A stretch of DNA of 61,682 nt from a bacterium (GCA_026394215.1 JAPKYR010000193.1:1-61682); one strand, 5' to 3'; counted from the stretch's first letter, positions 1 through 8,944 are shown. Notes: generated from the sequence alone by a model not told the origin. Numbers and translations are program-made.

Positions 1-1390
1 CAACCGCGGCGTGCGACGTCATCCCGCCCTGGCTGGTCAGAATCCCGTCGGAGCCGTGCATTCCGGGGAAGTCGTCGGGATTGGTTTCGTCGCGCACAAG
101 GATCATCGCCGGTACCGGTTGCTTTTTCTTCGCAGCCTCGGCGATAAGTTCCAAAACTCGCGCCGTTGAAAATATGATTTGTCCCTGCGCCGCGCCCGGA
201 CTTGCGTTCAGGCCTTTACCGATTATTTTACTCTCATATTTCTCACCGGATTTTATCGCCGGGAGAAGGCATTGCACGAGGAGTTTCGGATCGACCTGCA
301 TAACCGCTTCTTCTTTGGTGATGAGGTTTTCTTTCACCATATCGCTCGCGATCCTCACCGCGGCGGGACCTGTGCGTTTGCCATTGCGGGTCTGAAGAAT
401 CCAAAGCTTATCGCCCTCGAATGTAAACTCCATATCCTGCATGTCTTTATAACGTTTTTCGAGTTTCTGAGTATATCCGGTAAGCTCCTCGTACATCGCA
501 GGTTTACGATGGGCAAGCTCATCGATATGCATGGGATTGCGCGTACCTGCGACAACTTCCTCGCCCTGCGCGTTGAAAAGAAGCTCGGCGAAAATTCTTT
601 TTTCGCCGGTCGACGGGTCGCGCGTAAACAGCACGCCGGAGCCGCACGTATCATCGATGTTTCCGAACACCATTGTCTGGGTATTTACCGCCGTGCCGAG
701 GTCGTGGGGAATCCCCTGGGCGTTCCTGTACGCATAGGCGCGCTCGGTGTTCCAGCTTTTGAATACAGACTCAATCCCGGTCATGAGCTGATCCATCGGA
801 CTTGTCGGGATTTTCTTTCCGGCTGTCTTGATATGGGTCTCAAACTCGGCGCCGAGTTCCTTAAGAGCTTTTGCCGGGAGTTCGGCGTCCGCTTTAACTT
901 TGAATTTCGCGCGTTTGGACGATAGGCTTTTTTCGAAAAGGTCTTTGTGTACCCCGAGCACGACCTCGCCGTACATCTGCAAAAGACGCCTGTAGCAGTC
1001 GCGGGCGTAGCGTTCGTTGCCCGTATTTTTTATAAGACCGCTGAGGATTTCCTTATTCAGACCGAGGTTCAGGACAGTATCCATCATGCCGGGCATGCTG
1101 AATTTGGCGCCTGAACGTACCGACAATAAAAGAGGATTTGAAGAATCCCCGAAGGTCTTCCCGAGTTTTCCAGTGATAAACTTAAGCCCTTCTTCAACCT
1201 GCTCCAAAAGTCCAGGGGGCATTTTTTTATTTTTCATGTAATAAATACAGCCCTCTGTTGTCGCGATAAAAAATGGAGGGATCGGGAGTCCCATGTTATA
1301 CATCTCACACAGGTTGGCGCCTTTGCCTCCGAGAAGTCCCTTCATTTCCGCGTTGCCCTCATGGGGTAAAAATATCCATTTTTCAGACAA
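1..1390 (-). CDS. ppdK: pyruvate, phosphate dikinase (N-terminal ~463 codons; 3' part lies beyond the window edge)
   Basis: Not in the ORF track because it is open at the window edge. My minus-strand translation reads (M)SEKWIFLPHEGNAEMKGLLGGKGANLCEMYNMGLPIPPFF...NAQGEEVVAGTRNP...ILTSQGGMTSHAAV. That covers the PPDK nucleotide-binding domain through the phospho-His motif GGMTSHAAV. The TTG at 1390 is preceded by AGAGGGAG. An in-frame ATG at 1417 is an alternative start. Confidence 0.85.
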   Translation of the reverse strand, partial: MSEKWIFLPHEGNAEMKGLLGGKGANLCEMYNMGLPIPPFFIATTEGCIYYMKNKKMPPGLLEQVEEGLKFITGKLGKTFGDSSNPLLLSVRSGAKFSMPGMMDTVLNLGLNKEILSGLIKNTGNERYARDCYRRLLQMYGEVVLGVHKDLFEKSLSSKRAKFKVKADAELPAKALKELGAEFETHIKTAGKKIPTSPMDQLMTGIESVFKSWNTERAYAYRNAQGIPHDLGTAVNTQTMVFGNIDDTCGSGVLFTRDPSTGEKRIFAELLFNAQGEEVVAGTRNPMHIDELAHRKPAMYEELTGYTQKLEKRYKDMQDMEFTFEGDKLWILQTRNGKRTGPAAVRIASDMVKENLITKEEAVMQVDPKLLVQCLLPAIKSGEKYESKIIGKGLNASPGAAQGQIIFSTARVLELIAEAAKKKQPVPAMILVRDETNPDDFPGMHGSDGILTSQGGMTSHAAV

Positions 1391-1450
1391 GGTATCGCTC
1401 CCTCTTTTCTTTACCATTTATTGATTAAGAAACTCTAACAAAAAGGAAAA

Positions 1451-1529
1451 CGGGGACAGGCACGAATTTTGCCTGCGAAGCACATCGAAGACTGGTAGTC
1501 AGTCTCAGGCAAAATTCGAGCCAGTCCCC
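1451..1529. repeat. REPIN-like long imperfect palindrome, copy 1 (arms GGGGACAGGCACGAATTTTGCCTG / CAGGCAAAATTCGAGCCAGTCCCC)
   Basis: The arms are complementary at 22 of 24 positions and are separated by about 30 nt. The same arm sequence recurs at 3363, 36563 and 55970, with variants at 43110 and 54867. It lies between ppdK and the upstream gene. Confidence 0.7.
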
Positions 1530-1546
1530 TATTTCCTTAAGATCGT

Positions 1547-2284
1547 TCATCTATGACACATTTTGTTAAAGCTTCTAAATAAGAAATTGTTGAATTTCCC
1601 CTCGAATTCCGGGTCGTTAAAAACCCAGTCGGCCGTAAAAATTTTATCAATGAGCCAGTTATAATACGCATCCTCGAAACCCTCGGAATCTACCGGAACT
1701 CCACTCGCGCCGGAAAATAACTCCTGGAGCTGCTTATCAACCGATTCCTTTGCCCAGTGTGCCCTGAGCTGGTCCATGGTCATACCCATCTGCAATGCTG
1801 TACTTTCAGCTTCCTCTCTTGTGGAGAAATTCGAGTAAAAATTGCTTTCATTCTCCGCCAATACATTAGGATCGGGTGAAATGCCATACTCGGCTTGAAG
1901 TTGTCCCGAAATAAGCGAGATAGTGCCTTCCTCAAGTGTGACAAGCTCTGCCATCACATTAAGGGATTCCGCATCCATTTTCCCATCATTTAGCTGGGCA
2001 GCCTGATTTTCAACGGATTCGATAAACCAGTCGCGTCCGATTTGATTATCACCCAGGCTTATCACCGGATCGCCGTCCGATATATCATTCTGGGCAAAGT
2101 TATGTTGTACCTGTTGCTGATCGGACGTCGCGTTGCCACCCTGGAGGCTCGCGGTCTGCTGCCCCTGGGAAAGCCTCGACGCAAGCTCGACAGGACCGGG
2201 TTTACGGGAACCGAATACTGTAAGCGCGAATACGATCACGATAACGACAAACAGGATGTCGCCAAGAATTTTTTTCAGATTCAT
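1547..2284 (-). CDS. membrane-anchored periplasmic protein, hypothetical (SurA N-terminal-domain-like helical region)
   Basis: 245-aa ORF with an N-terminal TM helix (ILGDILFVVIVIVFALTVFG) and an acidic helical remainder. I recognised no catalytic motif. The neighbouring gene has a similar character. Confidence 0.5.
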   Translation of the reverse strand: MNLKKILGDILFVVIVIVFALTVFGSRKPGPVELASRLSQGQQTASLQGGNATSDQQQVQHNFAQNDISDGDPVISLGDNQIGRDWFIESVENQAAQLNDGKMDAESLNVMAELVTLEEGTISLISGQLQAEYGISPDPNVLAENESNFYSNFSTREEAESTALQMGMTMDQLRAHWAKESVDKQLQELFSGASGVPVDSEGFEDAYYNWLIDKIFTADWVFNDPEFEGKFNNFLFRSFNKMCHR

Positions 2285-2308
2285 TTAAATGTTCCGATCC
2301 GAAATGAA

Positions 2309-3277
2309 TTATTGACCCGATCCGGCGCCGGGATTCGGTTCGGGCTCGGTTGGTTCATTGCCGGAATCCGTATTTTCCCCGGATCCAACTGCCTGGCCTT
2401 CTGTTTCACCGCCGCTGGTTTGCGTCTGTTCGTACGGAAATGAATTTTCATCTACCGGAGGCACTTCAACCGCGGATTCTTCAGTTTCGGAGCCAGCTAT
2501 GCTGGCCAGGATAGCATCCAGAAGAAAATTCTTGACTGTGTAGTTAGCTTCAAGATCGGCAGCCAAGGTAGCCCCATGCTCATTTATCCATTGAGCCTTG
2601 ATATCCTCGTCAATTAAGCTGCGAACCATGTCAAGAGTGACATCGGTCAATACAACACTCGGGTTCATCTCGACATACCTGCGCTGGTATCTGTCGGGAC
2701 TTTCATCCCATTTTGCGGTAATTTCGGCGTCGACCGACGCACCATGTTCTTTTTCGTACCGGTCCTGAACAATCAACTGCTGGAGTTCCTGGCTGATTAT
2801 AGTCTTTCGCACATCATCGGGCACAAGTTCCTGGGGTATGGTTGGCGGCACATTCGAATCGAGGAACTGCTGCATTCCGCCAGCCTGCTCATAGATTTGG
2901 TTGATCTGTGTGTCGATTTTCTGAGGATCGGCAGTCAATCCGCGGCTCAGAGCCTCCTGCTGAATTATTTCCGGAACAATCATTTGATCGTGAATGATCA
3001 TATATAATTGGGGCGATTTTAATAAGTCGGCAAGAGTGAAATTTTTATCCCCGACACTCGCGATTACTATATTTTCGTAATTTTCCAGACTGCCAGTGGT
3101 CGCTGCTCCCGAATCGGCATTTTGACCGGGAGTAGTATCTTTGCAGGCTATTCCCGCGAGGATTACAAATACCAGGGCGAGGGTTAATACCATGCCCATA
3201 ACGAAGAATTTTACTGAGTTGTTCATTGTTAATGACCTTCTTTTCGTTTTTCTATATTCGCTTGTCCTTTTGGACAA
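2309..3277 (-). CDS. periplasmic chaperone-like lipoprotein, hypothetical (SurA N-terminal-like, no PPIase domain seen)
   Basis: 322-aa ORF. The more likely start is the internal Met at 3226 (MNNSVKFFVMGMVLTLALVFVILAGIAC, a signal/anchor with a lipobox-like Cys). It has an acidic Gly/Glu-rich C-terminal tail. Confidence 0.5.
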   Translation of the reverse strand: MSKRTSEYRKTKRRSLTMNNSVKFFVMGMVLTLALVFVILAGIACKDTTPGQNADSGAATTGSLENYENIVIASVGDKNFTLADLLKSPQLYMIIHDQMIVPEIIQQEALSRGLTADPQKIDTQINQIYEQAGGMQQFLDSNVPPTIPQELVPDDVRKTIISQELQQLIVQDRYEKEHGASVDAEITAKWDESPDRYQRRYVEMNPSVVLTDVTLDMVRSLIDEDIKAQWINEHGATLAADLEANYTVKNFLLDAILASIAGSETEESAVEVPPVDENSFPYEQTQTSGGETEGQAVGSGENTDSGNEPTEPEPNPGAGSGQ

Positions 3278-3362
3278 TCAAAGTATCATACAGGTTTTAT
3301 TGGAAATTTAAAACTATTTACTGTAAGTCAAAGCGCAATCGCTAACTGATTTCAATCGGATC

Positions 3363-3444
3363 GGGGACTGGCAACTCGATTTTGTCCCGCCATGTAGTTT
3401 ACTTGCGTATCAAATAACCGGACAAAATCGAGGTGCCTGTACCC
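3363..3444. repeat. REPIN-like palindrome, copy 2 (flipped orientation)
   Basis: GGGGACTGGCAACTCGATTTTGTCC ... GGACAAAATCGAGGTGCCTGTACCC. The flanking CGGATC/GATCCG extends the pairing. Confidence 0.65.
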
Positions 3445-3515
3445 GATCCGGCTTTTATTTTCTACGTTCCGGGTGCATGCGCCCCTGTAAATTATAGTGC
3501 TATAATCTTTTTGAA

Positions 3516-3746
3516 ATGTTCTTATTGGGACTCGGACTTCTCGGCTCGATTTTCCTCTCCTTCGGATGCCTTATCGCGGCAATAAACTCGCTTCTGTCGC
3601 TCACGCGGGAATCCTTTAATTCAGAAGCGCGGATCATGGCTGTCGCCGGATTCATTGGCGGACTCGTCGCAAGCGCGTTTTTCGGATGGGCGACAATTGT
3701 CCTTGTGAATAAATTAAGCGAAATGAACGTGATACTGGCTCGGTAG
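3516..3746 (+). CDS. small two-TM membrane protein, hypothetical
   Basis: 76-aa ORF with two clear hydrophobic helices (LLGLGLLGSIFLSFGCLIAAI and VAGFIGGLVASAFFGWATIVLV). The competing antisense ORF 3500..3778 has no such features. Confidence 0.35.
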   Translation: MFLLGLGLLGSIFLSFGCLIAAINSLLSLTRESFNSEARIMAVAGFIGGLVASAFFGWATIVLVNKLSEMNVILAR

Positions 3747-3750
3747 ATCA

Positions 3751-5112
3751 TTATTCCCCCTCTGTGCTCCTTCCCCATCTCTCAAGTTTTCTCATGATTG
3801 TATGTCTTGAAATTCCAAGGGTTTTTGCCGTCTGGCTGATATTGCCTTCATTTGAATCAAGCGTCCGTAAAATATGGTCCTTTTCGAGTTCCTCCAGGGT
3901 AACCGGCCCTTCATGTCCGTCGCCTGTCTTGATATTGCCCTGGATATTCGGCGGCAGATTCTCAAGCTCGATTGTCGGTCCTTCTTCGAGAATCATCACG
4001 CGCTCGATAACATTTCTTAACTCCCTTATATTTCCGGGCCAGTGATATGCCCTCAACGCGGCGGCGGCATCCGGATTGATGGATTCGATATTTCGCCCGA
4101 TTTCCTGATTCAACTCGCCGATGAAATGTTTTGCGAGAAGGATCACATCGTCTTCCCGATCCCGTAATGGGGGCAAAATAATTGATATTACGTTCAGGCG
4201 GAAAAGGAGATCCTCGCGAAATCGGCCTTCCTTGACCATTACGGCAAGGTCCATATTACTCGCCGCGATAAATCTGGTGTCTACCGTTATCGTGTCTTCA
4301 CCGCCGAGACGCATAAACCGCTTTTCCTCAATAACTTTCAGCAGTTTTGCCTGCAGCGGAAGCGACATATCGCCGATTTCATCGAGAAAAAGCGATCCAA
4401 GGTTGGCTTTTTCGACCAGGCCGATTTTTCGCTTCTTTGCATCGGTGAATGCTCCGGGTTCGTATCCGAAAAGCTCCGATTCCAAAAGCGTCTCGGGAAT
4501 CGCCGCGCAGTTCAACTCGACAAAAGGTTGCTTGGACAAGGGCGACATGTAATGGATCGCCCTGACAAGTTTGCCCTTTCCGGTACCGCTCTCGCCAAGG
4601 ATGAGAAGCGTGGACGTCGGACGTGCGGCGACCTTCTGCGCAATATCAAATACCTTCTGCATCGCCGGACTTGTTCCGACGATTCCCTCGAAACTGTGCT
4701 CCTCCTTCTGCTTCTCCACATGATCCTCGATACGAATTCTGAGAGAGGAGAGCTCAAGCGCCTGCCTGACAAGGAGTTTTACTTCATCGATCTCGAACGG
4801 TTTCTGTAAATAATGAAAAGCCCCATACTTCATGCACTGAACGGCGCTCTCTACCCCGCCATGCGCGGTTATCATTAACACAAGCGCTTCCTTGTCCATT
4901 TCCCTGATTCTTCGAAGGACCTCATCCCCGTGGATACCGGGCAGTTTGATGTCGAGGATGACCAGGTCAAATTTTTTCTTCCCGAATTTCTCCAGGGCGA
5001 TCTCGCCTGTTTCCGCCAGTTCAACCCTGTAACCTTCATCCGAAAGTGTCTGATCGAGGGTCCATCGCACGAGTTCCTCATCGTCCACGACTAGTATTCG
5101 TTCGCTTGCCAT
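3751..5112 (-). CDS. sigma54-dependent response regulator (REC + AAA+ + Fis-type HTH, NtrC family)
   Basis: REC domain (ILVVDDEELVR...DLVILDIKLPG), Walker A GESGTGKGKL, GAFTGA-loop variant GAFTDA, WPGNIRELRN, and a C-terminal HTH (NISQTAKTLGISRHTIMRKL). Confidence 0.9.
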   Translation of the reverse strand: MASERILVVDDEELVRWTLDQTLSDEGYRVELAETGEIALEKFGKKKFDLVILDIKLPGIHGDEVLRRIREMDKEALVLMITAHGGVESAVQCMKYGAFHYLQKPFEIDEVKLLVRQALELSSLRIRIEDHVEKQKEEHSFEGIVGTSPAMQKVFDIAQKVAARPTSTLLILGESGTGKGKLVRAIHYMSPLSKQPFVELNCAAIPETLLESELFGYEPGAFTDAKKRKIGLVEKANLGSLFLDEIGDMSLPLQAKLLKVIEEKRFMRLGGEDTITVDTRFIAASNMDLAVMVKEGRFREDLLFRLNVISIILPPLRDREDDVILLAKHFIGELNQEIGRNIESINPDAAAALRAYHWPGNIRELRNVIERVMILEEGPTIELENLPPNIQGNIKTGDGHEGPVTLEELEKDHILRTLDSNEGNISQTAKTLGISRHTIMRKLERWGRSTEGE

Positions 5113-5124
5113 GTATATCTCCTG

Positions 5125-5646
5125 TTATTCCAGTGTAACCAATACCTGGTCGAGTTCAACCGCCTCGCCTTTCTTAACAAGTATTTCCTTTATGACCCCG
5201 TCTCTCGGGCATACGAGTTCATTCTCCATTTTCATGGCTTCAAGCATACCGAGTAACTGCCCGGCTTCGACATTATCCCCAACTCTTACTTTGATAGCGA
5301 CAATCCTTCCTGGAAGAGGGGCGCGAACCTGGTCGCCTTCCCCCCACATGCCGACCATATCCGGACGTTTCAGTTTCCCTTTTCCGGGGAAATCGACCGT
5401 CACATCGACCGACTGCCCGACCGCGGTCACCCTGTTCGGGATTCCCTGCCGATCGTACTCAAATTCCACCTGGTATGAATGATCGTCGATAATTAAATTT
5501 TTCGATAAATGCCTGAGCCAGTCTCGGGAATGGGCGATTTCCACGGTTCTGCCGTTGATAACCACATGATCGACACTCTCTTCATACGGAGCTTTCTGAA
5601 TGTCGACCTCAAAATCCTTGTTCTCCAGACTGACCTTGATTCTCAT
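5125..5646 (-). CDS. biotin carboxyl carrier protein-like (biotinyl domain)
   Basis: C-terminal biotin attachment motif LEAMKMENEL within a typical biotinyl/lipoyl hammerhead domain. 173 aa. Confidence 0.8.
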   Translation of the reverse strand: MRIKVSLENKDFEVDIQKAPYEESVDHVVINGRTVEIAHSRDWLRHLSKNLIIDDHSYQVEFEYDRQGIPNRVTAVGQSVDVTVDFPGKGKLKRPDMVGMWGEGDQVRAPLPGRIVAIKVRVGDNVEAGQLLGMLEAMKMENELVCPRDGVIKEILVKKGEAVELDQVLVTLE

Positions 5647-5694
5647 AAATCAGTTTCCCGATAATATTTTCCGGTAAGCCAAATTTCACATTTG

Positions 5695-6219
5695 TTAATC
5701 TTCGTACAAGTTCGCCGCAGGAACCACAGAACTAATTCCCCCCTCATCAGACCCGCCTGTATGCGACCGCTCAAGCATATTACGGCGCTCGTCGAGGTAC
5801 ATTACCCCGATACTTGCTTCCATCTCGAGTTCCTGCGCTATAGAATCTCTCCACGCAGCGAGTTCAATCCTTTTACCCAGCGATTTGACCGTACGAATCG
5901 GTTCAAGAAAATCACTGTCCCCGGTAACCAGCACCCCGGTATCGAACGCGCTGTTGTAGGCAAGAGAGACAAGAGTCGTCCCCATCCCGATCGCGGCGGC
6001 TTTTTCGGAGTAGCTCGACCACTCGTTTCCGCACGCGTTGCATCGCATCTGGCGTTTTCTCAATGGATAAAGGTAAACTTCGAAATGAAGTACCAGTTTT
6101 AGATATTTATACAGGTTGGTCTGGTCGGCGTTTGGCGGATCCTCTACGCTTGCGAAAAAATATGTCTGCCAGATCGGTCCGGGTCCGGATAGCAGTTCGA
6201 CCAGCTTTCTGAAATCCAC
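5695..6219 (-). CDS. NYN/LabA-like (PIN-fold) domain protein; the ORF as listed lacks its conserved N-terminus (see finding)
   Basis: VLVTGDSDFLEPIRTVKSLGKRIEL is the characteristic NYN C-terminal acidic motif. The reading frame continues upstream as LTICFIDNSYIFRGSYKHQWR to a TGA at 6283-6285. An RBS and ATG (6300) lie 5 codons further upstream in the same frame. Confidence 0.7.
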   Translation of the reverse strand: MDFRKLVELLSGPGPIWQTYFFASVEDPPNADQTNLYKYLKLVLHFEVYLYPLRKRQMRCNACGNEWSSYSEKAAAIGMGTTLVSLAYNSAFDTGVLVTGDSDFLEPIRTVKSLGKRIELAAWRDSIAQELEMEASIGVMYLDERRNMLERSHTGGSDEGGISSVVPAANLYED

Positions 6220-6378
6220 GCGCCACTGGTGTTTGTAAGAACCCCGAAAGATATAAGAGTTGTCGATAAAACAGATTGTGAGTCACCTTGTGTTTGTCAT
6301 TTTCTTGTCCTTCCCAATATATTGAGATTCTATTGTGTATCTATTATTCCGGTTTAGCCCGGATTGCATCCGAATCTG

Positions 6379-7902
6379 TCAATTATCCCATAACATCCTC
6401 GCCCGGCCCGATTTCTTCCATGCCCCTTCGGGTCTTACCGGTTTGAGCGCGGTGTCCGCGAGACGCGCCTGGGTTTTCAGATACGCTTCCAAAGCAGCCG
6501 CGATCGCCGCGACCTCAGGATTTTCAAATTCCCTATTGATTAAATTGTCGAAATTTTTATCGATATATCCGGTGTCATAGACCCCGACATCGAATTTTTT
6601 GTCGTTCATTATCGCGAAATGGAACTGGGTGGTCGACCTCACGCCTCTGACCTTGAGTTCAAGTAACGCGCGTTTCATGCGCGCGATGGCTTCTTTGCGC
6701 GTGTCGCCATGAACAATGATCTTCGCGATCAGGGAATCATATTCGCGCGGAATTTTCGATCCCGGAAATGCCGCCGAATCGACTCGCACGCCGGGTCCGA
6801 GCGGGAAAATTATCTCTTCTATCACGCCGGGCGTCGGGAGGAAATTTCGCGCAGGATCTTCGGCGTTGATGCGGCACTCGATTGCGTGACCATGGATTTT
6901 GATGTCCTCCTGCCTGAAATCGAGTTCTTCGCCCTGCGCGATTTTTATCTGCCGCTTGACAAGGGTCAGCCCTGTGACCATCTCGGTCACCGGATGCTCG
7001 ACCTGTATGCGGGTATTCATCTCCATGAAATAAAATCCGCTCTTGTCGACCAGGAATTCGATAGTCCCGGCGTTTCGGTAATTGGCTAGTCTGGCGATCC
7101 TGACAGCGCATTCGCCTATAATATTCCGGACCTCGGGACTGATAACCGGCGATGGAGCTTCCTCGATAAGTTTCTGATGCCTGCGCTGGATCGTGCAGTC
7201 GCGTTCGCCAAGGTGCACGACATTTCCATAGTCATCGGCCAGAATTTGAATTTCTATATGCCTTGCATTCTCTACTACGCGTTCGAGGAAAATTTCATCC
7301 GATCCGAACGACGCCATCGCCTCATTCGAACAGGCCTCGAATGCCTGGGGCAGGTCCTTTTCGTCCCTGACGATACGCATACCCCGTCCGCCGCCGCCTG
7401 CCGACGCTTTCAGGATCAGCGGGTACCCGGTCTCCTTCGCGATAGCCCTTGCGGTGCTCAGCGAATTTACAGGTTCGAGCGATCCCGGTATTACAGGCAC
7501 TCCCGCTTCCAATGCTATGCGTTTTGCGATGGTTTTATTTCCAAGGTCCCGGATATTCTGCGGGGTGGGACCGACAAAAATCAACCTTGCTCGATGACAC
7601 TTTTCCGCAAAATCGGGATTTTCGGCGAGAAATCCGTAACCCGGATGTATGGCATTGCACTTCATGCGCCGGGCAGCCTTGATTATCGCATCCTGGTTGA
7701 GATAACTTTCGATAGGGTTCGCAGGACCGACATACGCGACCTCCTCAGCCATTCGCACAGGGAGGCTTCCGACATCCGCACCCGAAAAAGCTGCAACAGT
7801 GCGGATTCCCATTTCGCGAGCGGTGCGGATTATCTGGCAGGCGATCTCGCCTCGATTTGCTACAAATAGTTTAGTGATATTCCGCCGGGGGAACCTCGGC
7901 AT
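6379..7902 (-). CDS. accC: biotin carboxylase (acetyl-CoA carboxylase / pyruvate carboxylase subunit A type)
   Basis: KLFVANRGEIACQIIRTAREMGI, HPGYGFLAEN, the ATP-grasp core and EMNTRIQVEHPVTE are all typical biotin carboxylase blocks. 507 aa. Confidence 0.9.
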   Translation of the reverse strand: MPRFPRRNITKLFVANRGEIACQIIRTAREMGIRTVAAFSGADVGSLPVRMAEEVAYVGPANPIESYLNQDAIIKAARRMKCNAIHPGYGFLAENPDFAEKCHRARLIFVGPTPQNIRDLGNKTIAKRIALEAGVPVIPGSLEPVNSLSTARAIAKETGYPLILKASAGGGGRGMRIVRDEKDLPQAFEACSNEAMASFGSDEIFLERVVENARHIEIQILADDYGNVVHLGERDCTIQRRHQKLIEEAPSPVISPEVRNIIGECAVRIARLANYRNAGTIEFLVDKSGFYFMEMNTRIQVEHPVTEMVTGLTLVKRQIKIAQGEELDFRQEDIKIHGHAIECRINAEDPARNFLPTPGVIEEIIFPLGPGVRVDSAAFPGSKIPREYDSLIAKIIVHGDTRKEAIARMKRALLELKVRGVRSTTQFHFAIMNDKKFDVGVYDTGYIDKNFDNLINREFENPEVAAIAAALEAYLKTQARLADTALKPVRPEGAWKKSGRARMLWDN

Positions 7903-8051
7903 AATTATCCGACCTCTATTAATCTGGGCGTCGCTGGTTGGCGTCCCGAAAATTATAAAATCAAATTACTAAGCGGTCCTAGTTATTTGTGATGCGGGTA
8001 TTATAGCAGATATTAAAGTAAAAATTTGGCTTGATGATCGAAATTACCGGA

Positions 8052-8735
8052 TCACTTTGAATCCGAATTTTTCGTATCCTTCAATCGATCGAGCATCCCC
8101 TGCAACTTTCGCTGGCGTGAACCAAAATCCTCTTCCACTGCCGGAACCTTATCATCCTCCCCCATAATGCTGTCGAGCCGCGATTTGAACGGGTTCAGAT
8201 CGAAATTCCCCTTAAATTCAAGCTCCCTCATTATCTGCGACACTTCCTCCGGATTGGTAATGTCGGCTAATGTCCGTAGTCCCCCCTCGCCGCCCCCGAT
8301 AAGAAGGATGCGATCCCCGAGTCGGACGAGATAAAGCACCCTTGATGGCGATAAACTCAGGGTGCTCAGGATTTTCAAACTTTCGGACGAACTCGCAAGC
8401 CCCCTTACAGTTACAAATTTTTTCAAAAGCAGGCTCAATCCCCATATCACGACTATCACAATTATCAACCCTGCGAAGACCCTTACATAATCACCAACCG
8501 TCGGACCGACCGCCGGGTTATTATCTGTTTCGGGCTCGAAAGATTCGCGCGTAGGGATATCTTCAGGGAGTACGATGCCGGACTGCGCGTCGGTAGCCGT
8601 TTCATCCGATACCGAGGTTTCTTCGGTAACGCCAGAATTGTCGGAAGGAGGTTGCGCGGATACCTGAAATACAACCATGAGTGAAATGATGGTTAAAGCA
8701 AGGAACAACATCGTCAAACGTACCGGAAGTCGCAT
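8052..8735 (-). CDS. FliO-like single-pass membrane protein, hypothetical
   Basis: Signal peptide, one TM helix (FAGLIIVIVVIWGLSLLL), then LKILSTLSLSPSRVLYLVRLGDRILLIGGGEGGLRTL, which resembles the FliO family core. The window contains no other flagellar genes. Confidence 0.4.
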   Translation of the reverse strand: MRLPVRLTMLFLALTIISLMVVFQVSAQPPSDNSGVTEETSVSDETATDAQSGIVLPEDIPTRESFEPETDNNPAVGPTVGDYVRVFAGLIIVIVVIWGLSLLLKKFVTVRGLASSSESLKILSTLSLSPSRVLYLVRLGDRILLIGGGEGGLRTLADITNPEEVSQIMRELEFKGNFDLNPFKSRLDSIMGEDDKVPAVEEDFGSRQRKLQGMLDRLKDTKNSDSK

Positions 8736-8944
8736 GGTTGAATTCTACAGGAACCGCACGATATCATCAATTAAAATCTCTTTATCGGGTTTAAATTTAT
8801 TGAACCGGTAAAATTTATCGAAGTATATGGAAATTTCAACCTTTACCACTGCCGTACAAATGCTAAATAGGCTATAATTATGGTAATTTGGTGGCCGGTT
8901 CTGGTCTTGTACCGGCCCCATATGCTGTATTGTCTGAGGTTGCC

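Noticed and set aside
8052-8735. The FliO-like ORF as evidence of a flagellar export locus
   Set aside because: No other flagellar or type III export genes occur in the window. The similarity is limited to the short FliO core.
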